A stretch of DNA of 64,000 bases from Chrysomallon squamiferum. Its lineage: Eukaryota; Animalia; Mollusca. This document shows, piece by piece, positions 53,671 to 64,000 of the stretch. A program made the position numbers and the translations under genes. Under the pieces are notes generated by a model. That model was given only the letters and a program-made list of their open reading frames with translations, was not told the origin of the DNA and did no database searches. Every line of letters begins with the position of its first letter. Position 1 is the stretch's first letter. The DNA lies in assembly GCA_012295275.1 (NCBI GenBank), contig CM022676.1:8556001-8620000 (forward strand), given 5' to 3'.

Positions 53671-54799
53671 GACCCAGGCAAAAAGCTGTGAACAGTGCAT
53701 TCTCTGCATAGTTGAATCTTTCATAATTCAATAATACATCAGGTTATTCAACATTTTGCATGTCTGGATATAATGACATGCTTATAAATCACACATGTAT
53801 GGATGCATATCAATTACTGAAGAGAGAATGCATAAAAGAATATATTTAAGTATTTATTCGAATGTGAAGATTTGCAAGCATGTGTGATGATGAAGCACAG
53901 ATATGCATCTTTGCTCAAACACAGAAGATGCGTATATGATGTTACTGAACCTTAGAAGATACAAGTTGTGCAAGATAATTACCAGTTTGGTGAATCGTTA
54001 CCATTCAGTCCTTGAAGTCATCCATAACTGAAGCTGTCAAGTGTCAGGCCTCTGAGATTAAGTTTTAAGAACACAGGAGTATCAAAATACAGTTCAAGAA
54101 TGGTTCATTATAACATGCAACAATTCTTGTCTGGAAAACACAGACAACATATGTCATACTGTTCAGAAAATATTGCGTGCCAGTGTTACATCACCATCAT
54201 CATACTTTATTGTTAGCGAAGTACTGCACCGATAATTCATTAAAAACAAAACCCTGAATGCTGAGTTATGACTTTACATCAGCAGTTTCTTTGGACCCTT
54301 TGGGGATCCACAAAGTTAGTATTTGGCAGTGAAAAACGCTGAAAACCACTGCCTTACATACAAATTTTATACAAGTAATAAGATTTAACGGTTCTTCATT
54401 AATTTTTATTTTAGCACAGAATAAAACAGTTCCCAAATCTGCCATAAACTTGTAAGAAGAAAAAAAGATATTCTGATTGCAAATATTCCTGCATGAAATA
54501 AGGGATTTGAGATGTGACAGAAAAGAGAAGAAAATGACTTAGTGAAGTTGTCAAGACACAAAGTAATGTTGAATGAAAATGTGTCTGGATGTTTAAAGCA
54601 ATAATGAAAATGAATGGAATGATATGTGAAGGCAGGCTGAAGTTGAATTTTGTTAAAACTTATTAGTATTGATTATCTGTAATCTTGGCACAATGCAAGC
54701 AGGTCATGTTAGTGTAGCAAGGAGGATTTAATTAGCCTGGTGGTCTGTGAAGTATTATTCTCCAGTTCTGGATCTTTTTTTTAATTTTTAATTTTATTT

Positions 54800-54836
<37 letters not shown>

Positions 54837-55709
54837 GTTAAATTTTTGTAAAATAGAAATAGATGTTGAAGCTTAAAAATATTTATTTATTTATTACATG
54901 TATATTTTTTATTGTGTATTTACTTATTTATTTATTTTGGTACTTGTTCATATAAATCATTAAAAAAAAATATAAAAAATTGGGGAAAAGTGAAAATGTA
55001 TGTTGAAATTTTAATTTTACAAGATTTGGTTGCATTTTGCTGGTTTTAGAATAATAATAATACACAGTGATCTTAAGATAAATGAAATCTTAAGTGTATA
55101 AACCATTTTATGGCTGTTTTTGTTTCATAATACATAAAAAGAGGGGTAAAAAACACAAAAGGAAAAAAAAACAAAAACAAAAAGAATACAACAAAACAGC
55201 ATGATGAAAGAGTAATTACTGCCAATTCTTTTGTGGGGGTTGAATGGGCTTCTGCTAAAATCAAATCTGCATGACACAGGGGCACAAATGAGGGGGTCCC
55301 TACAGAATATTTTGCTACCATGTTATGTCTTGCAGCATGCATTTTCAATCATGCTTCAAAAGATTTGAATCATTTTCTTGGCATGCACCTGTTTAAAACT
55401 CTTGTTTGAAATTAGATATTTGGTGAACATTGGTTAAACAAACATGCAATATAAACTGCACCAGCCAACTGTAGATGAATATTCTTGACCTTAACATTTC
55501 TGTTATATTCTTCCTTTTTATTTTAATTTTTTTTTTAAATTGAGTCACACAAATATATTATAATTTTATTTATTTATGTATTATTATTATTTTTTAAGCA
55601 TGATGTTTCTTTATATGGAAAAATGTTTTTAAAACATTTATATTAAATATAAATATTTTAGACTTCTTTTTGTCTGTTGAAAAGTTCAAGCATTTTCATT
55701 CTTTAATAT

Positions 55710-55716
55710 TACATAC

Positions 55717-55778
<62 letters not shown>

Positions 55779-55954
55779 TGGTGTGTGTGTGTGTGTGTTT
55801 GATTTTATTCATGTTGTACTGTAGACACGCACACACACACATATATTTGTACTGTACAACAGGAATAAAATCATTAAAGTATATACATATATATATACAC
55901 ACACACATATATATATACACATATATATATATATATACACACATATATATATAT

Positions 55955-55989
<35 letters not shown>

Positions 55990-56050
55990 CACATATATAC
56001 ATATACACATATATCCACATCCACATCCACATCCACATCCACACACACAT
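55710..56050. repeat. Compound (TA)n/(CA)n/(CACATC)n microsatellite upstream of APP exon 4
   Basis: Direct reading. Confidence 0.95.
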
Positions 56051-56130
56051 TTCATCACTTTCTCTTACCACAAATAACTAATTATTATTATTATTTTTTT
56101 AATTTTTAATTTTTTTTTTTTTTTTTTCAG

Positions 56131-56349
56131 TTGGACAGTTCCAGAGTGATGCGCTGCTGGTTCCCCAGCACTGCCAGTTCGACCACCACCACGACACTGA
56201 CATGTGCCGCGACTTCGACTTCTGGAACGCCACTGCCATCTCGATGTGTCGAGACCGCAGCATGGTCACACAGAGCTTCGCGATGCTGCTCGAGTGCAAG
56301 ATTGACATGTTCAACGGCGTCGAGTTCGTCTGCTGCCCAAAAGAAAAAC
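56131..56349 (+). CDS. APP: APP-family exon 4, copper-binding-domain fold (VGQFQSDALLVPQHCQFDHHHDTDMCRDFDFWNATAISMCRDRSMVTQSFAMLLECKIDMFNGVEFVCCPKEK)
   Basis: SDALLVP..C.F.H and MLL.C.ID.F.GVEFVCCP hallmarks with all six CuBD cysteines; poly-T cag acceptor, GTAAGT donor; phase 1-1. The ORF track shows the wrong frame. Remaining exons lie beyond the window. Confidence 0.96.
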
Positions 56350-56429
56350 GTAAGTGAAAAAAAAACAAGATAAAGTATACATAGATCATGTCATGCTTTT
56401 AGTATCAGTGGGAGAGGGGTGGATAGGGT

Positions 56430-56975
56430 AAGTGCTGTACTGTTAGTGTTAAAGAGAAAACGTTGAGGATAGTGTTGTGCTGTTAAAGAGAAGATATTGA
56501 GGATAGTGCTGTACTGTTAGTGTTAAAGAGAAAATATTGAGGATAGTGCTGTGCTGTTAGTGTAAAATAGAAAATATTGAGGATAGTGTTGTGCTGTTAA
56601 AGAGAAAATATTGAGGATAGTGCTGTACTGTTAGTTTAAAAGAGAAAATATTCAGGATAGTGCTGTACTGTTAAAGAGAAAATATTTAGGATAGTGCCTT
56701 ATTATTTTAGGATAGTGAATTGATTATTAGAAAAAAATGTTAAAGGATACTGCTATAATATTAGTGTGAGAGAGAAGATATTTAGGATAGTTCATAATTA
56801 TTAATGGAAAAATATTTATATACTGATGTAGCAATAATGACAGAGGAAAAATATTTAGGATAGTGCATTTATTTTATAAGTAACAAATAGTGAGGATTGT
56901 CTTATAGCATTAATGAAAGAGGAAAAATGTTTACGATTGTGTCTTTATTATTAATGGAAAAATATTTAGGTTAGT
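56430..56975. repeat. ~36-42-bp minisatellite immediately downstream of APP exon 4
   Basis: gaggatagtgctgtactgtta(gtgtta)aagagaaaatatt repeated more than 10 times, decaying toward the 3' end. Confidence 0.9.
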
Positions 56976-58138
56976 GTGTGATTTTTTTTATCTTTCTATC
57001 TCTCTACGTGCATATGGATAGGTGTGTCTTGAATGTACACGATCAAATGTAGGTAATTAACTGGTTCAGTGACTAAAGCTATTTTTAAATAATTTGACAG
57101 GCAGCCATTGTTAAAGCAAGCAGAGTTGAATTACTGTAATCTAAGCTATTGTTTTTAATGGTTGCGTTATATTTTGTCACCAAGAAAAAAGAACATTTGT
57201 TTTAGTTTCATCTGAAACCAGACCACAGAAATGGATTTGGTTTTTTCCTATCTAAACCTACTGAAAACTTGATATTATTACTGTCACAATATTTTTATAT
57301 TATTATTATTTTTTTTTTTTTTTTATTACTGGGATTAATAAATTGGAATGTCAATTGATATCTGATATTGATAATTTGAAACTGTTTTTGTTGTTTTGGC
57401 CAGCTGTAAGACATGAAGATAATCAGTGTAATAAAATTGTCCCAATTAGCTTTAAATAATGACTAAAATAACTTTAAAAATACTATTTATTGTGCTGCTC
57501 AAAAGTTTTGTTTTTAATAAAGATTATCTTTTGATAATAATAAAACTGTTCATCATGTTGCCTTATAAATACTTGGATAGTGTTGCTAGTGGACATAAAC
57601 ATCTTGGTTTTATTTGTTTTAATTTTTTTGTTTTTTTTTGTTTGTTTGCTCTTCTGACCTTTATGGTAGTTGAAGAGGTTGTTAAATAAGAGAAGGAAGA
57701 AATACAAATATTAGACAAAGGGACTGTTGTGACTTTTTTTCTTTTTTTCTGTCCTGTTTGCCTTAATTTTTCTCTACACAAATGAAAAAGAATGAGCAAA
57801 ACCCACACACTATTCAAAGCCTGTTATAAGACCTGGAAATCACAGCCATCATAAAATATTTATAGTGTATGGTTGCTAAGTTACAGATTCCTGGAATCTT
57901 GTACATATACTTATGATGTACACGTCCATGCTTAATGACTACGTTCACTACAGTTTATGCATATTCATAAAGGTCATTCAGAGGTTGTGGGGGATCAAAG
58001 GTCGTTCAGACAGATCATTAAGATTTAAGTTTTCTTTTTCAGAGATAAGACTGTTTAAAACTGTTTTTATTTCTGTTGTTTTTATTGTCCTGTCCTTATC
58101 ACCTTATAATTCTTGTTGTTAATGTTGTGTTACTGTTA

Positions 58139-58174
<36 letters not shown>

Positions 58175-61100
58175 GTAGTAATAGTAATAGAAATAGTAAT
58201 AGTAATAATAATATGAAGAAGAAGAAGAAGAAGAAGAAGAAGATTAAAACCAATACATACTCAACACTTCATTTTATTTTACATTCTATAATTCTTGGAT
58301 ATGAATGAACAGTTTATACAGATACCAGTTCTTAAATACACATCATCATCATCATCATCATGTCATTATCCTTGTTGCTGCTCCTATGATGATGATCATT
58401 ATCATATTTATTTTTCTGGTTAGCATCACTGTTAATATCATCATCATCACTATTATTACAAAGTAAACCGCAATTACAACATAATTTATAATGGCCATGA
58501 AGCAACTACTTTCCAACAATACTGTTATCTAGGAAATCATTTTCCTTTAATATACTAATGTAACCAAATTGATTTAGATAACAAAAATTAATAATCAGAC
58601 TGATGTGGTTATATTAATGATATTGATTTGCGGTATTTTTCAAAGTGACTTTTATTTAGTCTGAGACAAGATAAATTTGTAGGTTCTGGAGGCCAACTTA
58701 ACTTTATCCTAAGTGTGTCTATCTTGTTATAGACAGTTCTTTATGACTGGTACATCAAAGGCCACAGTGTGTGTTTTCATTATTCATTTATTCACTTAAT
58801 CACCAACTTGGCATTTATTCATTCATCCATCCATCCATCTATTCATCTATTCAGTCAGACATTTGCAGTTTCATTCATATATTATAAATACATTCACTTA
58901 GTTATGTCATTCTTTCATGTGTCCATCCATTCAGTCAGATATGTATGTTTATTCCTGTGTTAATTTAGTCACTGATTTGTTAATTCATCCACCTATTCAG
59001 TCAGACAGACATATACAGTTTCATTTGTATATTAATTCAGTCACCATTATGATTATTCATTCATTCATTTAGTCAGCAATTTGATAGTTCATTCATTTGT
59101 TTAGTCAGCAATTTGATAATTCATTCAATCATTTAGTCAGCAATTTGATAATCCATTTATTCATTTACAGATTCTTTAATTTCTTATTCACTCTTATTTT
59201 GCAAAACTGATCTGCAGAATATATATTTTTTTTTTTTTTTTTTTTTATCGAACATGCCTTGGTAGCTGTCCAAATGTGTCTCTTCGGTACAGTAATTTAC
59301 AGAGTGATGTTTCCTATACCAGCAAGTTTCTCTGATGATTGTATTGATTTCAGTGGTGTGTTAAATAACTGTGTATTCACACATTTATCATCTATGACTC
59401 AGTACTTAGACTTTTCCAAACTAGTGTGTGACTCACAGAGAAAGAAAAAAAGAAAACAAATCTTCTAATAAAATGAGTCATTTGTTCTGAGAAAAGGTTT
59501 CTGTTCTCCATCATTATTTCTTCTTCTTTCTTTGTTTTTCTTTCATTCATTTCTCTTTTTTTTTTTTATTTTTTCTTTCTGTAATGAGAACATTTTTTTT
59601 TCTACCATTTTTCATTTGGTCTTCTCTTTGTTCCTGTTTTCATTCAGTGATGAAAGATTCCTGTTTTTTTCTCTCTTTTTTTATATTTTATTTCAAGATT
59701 CTTTCTCCTTTTCAGACTATTTCTTTTTCTTTCATTTGCCAACATACAGATAAAACTGTGAATTTCAAATACCAAACATATGTTTGCATGAAAATATGTA
59801 CCTAGTTACACATTGTTCAAAGGATTAAATGCAAAAATAACAAAATTCCTTTTAAAATTAATCTAAAAAAAAAAAAAAAAAAAAAAAATTAAAAAACTAA
59901 AAAAAAAAAAAAAAATTACATTTAACAGAAATTATCTTCATGAAATGCAGCCATGTTTGTTCACTCTCATTACAAGACATCTCTCGTCTGTCACCATTAA
60001 TAATAATAATAATTCAGCAGATTTTGTTGTCATGGTAACTCATTCATGGTCTGGAATATAAATCACCAAGCATGTTTATTGTCAAGGATGGAGTTGTACA
60101 TCTTCGTGTCATTCTAGCCCATGTTCTGCTGTGGTTGTGTGTAAAAGTGGTGTCAAGTAGACTCGGGTCATACTTTCTGTGAAGATAGGTTTTTCTGGTA
60201 CAGCCATGTTTAGTTCACGATTGTTAATATGGAGATTAAAACAGGCAGTGCTTGGAATGGGCAATTTTTTGTTCCTTGTTTATAACGATGATGAAAATCA
60301 TGATGGTAATGAGAATGATGATAATCATGAAGATAATGATGATGATGATATTTTATAACAGTTTCAGTAATATTACTGTTAGTGTTAATGTAATGTTGAA
60401 AATAATGGTAATAGTAGCAATAATAATGGAAAATGTTTATATCCTTTGTTAATTCATTATTACAAATTTGTTCCTTTATACATTCATTCACTTTCTCATT
60501 TTTGTTTTTCTCTTTTATGCCCACTACACATCACACTTACCACCAGACCTGTACCAAAGTCACCACAGATCAAACTCTGAAACTTCTAAAACATATTAGC
60601 AATTTTTTAAATTCTTAATCATCCTTCCCATATTTCTGTATGGTACAGTCAAAGGTTTGTGGAAGATAATCAGTTTGTACTCTGTTCATACAGACTTCTT
60701 TACTAGTGCTTATAGGTTCACTGTGGTGCATTGGTCTATAATTGGTCTTCAAAAGTCCAAAGTGAATATTTACTTAGTCTTAATTCTGTTAAAGTGTTTG
60801 AGGATATGAATATTGGTCATTATATACAATGTTAATTAATATTTAGGCATAGTTTAATCTATTGTATTAAGTTGGGAATTTATTAATTTTTTTGAGAAGA
60901 AATGAATTTAATTATAATTAAGATCATATATATATATGATGTATTTATGTATGTATAAATTTAAAAAAATAAGGAGAGAAATAAAAATAAAAAAGAAAGA
61001 ACAAAATAAATAATTGAAAAAAACCCAGATGAAAATTAGATACACACAAATGCTTCATGTTTCAGAATCATCAATCTCATTTATCCTGAACCATTCAGAA

Positions 61101-62164
61101 TCTTTTTTTTTTTTTTTTTTATAAATAAAACATACAAAAAAACCACCACCACCAAATGCACCCATTAACATGCATATCAATTGTTTAGTCATGAAACAAA
61201 AACCATAGTCAGTCAGTCAGTCCATCCCTCGTTTGTTTGAGCTTGCAAGCGATCCGCGGAGAAAACCGTCCCGAATACACGGGCTGCGTGCAGAAAGTCG
61301 AACAAAGTATTGATCAGCTTTTGACTGGAGAATCGTGTTTATTAATTTACTACTGGCTAGCAGTTGTATTATTCAGCTGCTGGCTTTGCAGAGTGTTCTT
61401 AATGAGCGCTTTCTGTGTTGCACAGGAGAAAATTGCATGGTAATTTGGTTGCAGTATTATTATTATTATTATTATTTTTTTTTTTTCTTCTCTCTCTGCC
61501 CATTGTTGGTCAGTTGTGAGAACTGAGGTGTAAGACCCAGCTGGGTTTTAAAGTAGCCAGATTTTTTCCCTTTGTTCTCTGTGAGTGGTGCAAGAGATAC
61601 TGATGATGATGTGTGTCATCAGGAACTTTTCAGAGAGGGCAGTTGAAAGAGAGAAAGAGAGGTGGGCAACTGAGTGAGTGAGAGAGAGAGATAGATGGGA
61701 AGATTGTAAAGGAAGGAAAGAGAGAAAAAAGACAGAAAAGAAAGAAAAAACGAAAGAAAAGTGGGAGAGAGAAAGACACAGAAATAATAATGATGATGAT
61801 ACAACATGTAATGTCAACCTCCAAAAGGATTTGAACCAAAGGTCCCCCACTTGAGAACTAATCTCTCATCTTGGCTTGTGAATGGTGGGTTGGAAAATAA
61901 AAAATAAAAATATTGCATATAGGAACTAACTCTTTCATCACAAATCAAAAATGCAATAACAATTTGACCCAAAATAATCTATCACAATTTCAGTGATGAC
62001 AAAGATGCTGAGAGAAAATAGGTAATAGTTCTTTCATTATTTTTAATGGCCATTAAAGTCAGGCTGTAATTTACATTCTTCATTTAATAACTTGTTCCAG
62101 AATCTTTTATAGGCAGTTTATTTAGGCCTGGTTTATTGAACTACAGGATGCAGTGGTTAAACTG

Positions 62165-62285
62165 TCTGTGTCTATATGTGTGGTGTGTGGTTTGTGGTGT
62201 GTCTGTGTCTATATGTGTGGTGTGTGGTTTGTGGTGTGTCTGTGTCTATATGTGTGGTGTGTGGTTTGTGGTGTGTCTGTGTGTG
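62165..62285. repeat. ~37-bp GT-rich minisatellite, 3 copies
   Basis: ctgtgtctatatgtgtggtgtgtggtttgtggtgtgt repeated three times. Confidence 0.9.
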
Positions 62286-62374
62286 TGTTTGTGTGTTTTG
62301 CTCTTTCAGTTTACTCTGTTATTTTCTTTCCACTTTCCATCTCCATAATATATAATGTAGGTATTATTAAGTAT

Positions 62375-62408
<34 letters not shown>

Positions 62409-64000
62409 TAGCACATTTACTACAGTTTCAACTGTTAGAGTTTAAAACAATGTAATTCTATCAGTGTTGATACAATAACAAATTAGTGTATTACAGGAAA
62501 CAGTCTAGACTAGAATGTTTAACATTAAAAACATATGTCATGTTAATTGTAACCATACTGTTTGTTTAATGTTAATTTTAGATTAGTGTAAACCTTTGGT
62601 TACTTCACCCTTATTTCCAGCTTGTTGAGTTTTTTGTTTTTGTTTTTGATCTTTTTTTTTTCTTTTTTTTCTTTTTTTTTATATCTTGCAAGTTCAGATT
62701 CTGACCTACAGCTAGGTACATAGGTTAATTATAAATAAACAGAAACTTAATAATTAAAGCAGAAGCTTGTATTCACAGTGCATCCTAACTCCTGTGTGTA
62801 AAGATGGATTTAAAATGTCCTATTTATGTTAATGGACAGAGTTGTTTTAGTAATAACCTGCAAATGGCTTGATGTCTCATACATTAAAACAAGAAATATA
62901 AATAATGTTTAAAATTATAATATACTGAGGTCTCACTAAAAAAATGTTTTTTTTAATTTCTAGTTTATTTTATAATTTTGTTTCTTTTTTCTTTTTCATC
63001 TTCATCATCATCATTTTTTTTTTTTTTTTTTTTTGATTAATCTCACTTGTTTATTTGTTGCTTTTTTTGTTGTTGTTTTTTTGTTATTGTTTTCCTTGTT
63101 TGTTTTTAACTAATTTTAATTTCATTTTTACCTATTTATTTGTCGGTTTTATTATTTGTTTTCTTTATTTTTAAAAATGTTTTTTATATATTTATTTATT
63201 AAAATCTTCTTTTTTCATTTGCTTTTTATTTTTTTTTTTTTTTATTTATTCATTCATTCATTCATTCAGTTGTTCCCTCTTATTTCCTTTTGCAAACACT
63301 CAAAATTTTCAGAAGTCACTTCTTCTTTCATCCCGTTGATAGTGCTTTCCGACTTCCCCTCATTACTGCTGGCAGGCAGGAAACAGTTTTCTCTGTAATA
63401 ACTTTAATAAATATAATGAGCTCGTTTATACAGAGCTCGTTTTGAATCTATTCACATGTAAATACTGAAGTTTAGGAGGTATTAGTAAAAGTATTGTTCC
63501 TCAAAGCTGTAAAAATGGACTTGGTTTCGGTTAATTAATTTTATTACTCTGCAAGTGAATTAACAGGAATTTTAGGTCAATATATTTTGTTATTGCTATG
63601 GCTGTTTTCATGGTGGCTTGGATTAATAAAGAAAGTATTCTTTATAGGGTACATATATAATTAAGTTGAAAGATAAATTAGGTACAGGAATCAATATGCA
63701 CTGTTTTAATTCAAATTTTTAAAAGAAATGTTCATTAATTTTTTGTTTGTTGTTTATATAAATTATTTGAAAGGTTAATTTGACACCACACTATTCACTG
63801 TTTTCAAGTTTAAAACACTTTATTCAGTATGGTTAAATGTTTTTGTAATGGCTGGGAAAGTGCTTTTTGAGTGTATACAATTCATTTGATTGTATTTCAT
63901 ACAGCAGTATTCACTGTTTCAGTTTGTTTAAAATTTTTATTAATTAATTTATTCTGTATGGTTAAATGCTTTCATGGTTGCTGGGAAAAATGCTCTTTGT

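Noticed and set aside
56099-56389. ORF-track proteins at 56131 (+) and 56099 (-)
   Set aside because: Wrong frame or antisense of the true APP exon 4.

Overview
AT-rich, microsatellite-dense eukaryotic DNA with spliceosomal GT-AG introns. It is animal and probably molluscan; this is an inference from the APP sequence style and SINE-like remnants. Three genes can be reconstructed by hand. (1) A C2H2 zinc-finger gene on the minus strand with one coding exon (3959-5869, 636 aa, 11 fingers) and a probable 5'UTR exon/CpG promoter near 7230-7470. (2) An SLC17/sialin-like MFS anion transporter on the minus strand with 11 coding exons (23467 down to 13312, about 508 aa once a single +1 frameshift at ~19815 is corrected). 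(3) The 5' part of an amyloid precursor protein (APP/APPL-family) gene on the plus strand, with exons at 29986, 37227, 46057 and 56131; it continues beyond the window and lies head-to-head with the SLC17 gene. Nearly all other ORFs in the track are simple-repeat artefacts. The points most worth a second look are a regularly spaced motif-plus-unique-spacer array in the SLC17 3'UTR, an APP E1 domain apparently missing ~25 residues and two structural cysteines, loss of the canonical APP copper ligands, a tandem-duplicated splice acceptor creating a candidate in-frame 30-nt decoy exon, and several long hairpins. No prokaryotic-type system, RNA gene or autonomous transposon was seen.
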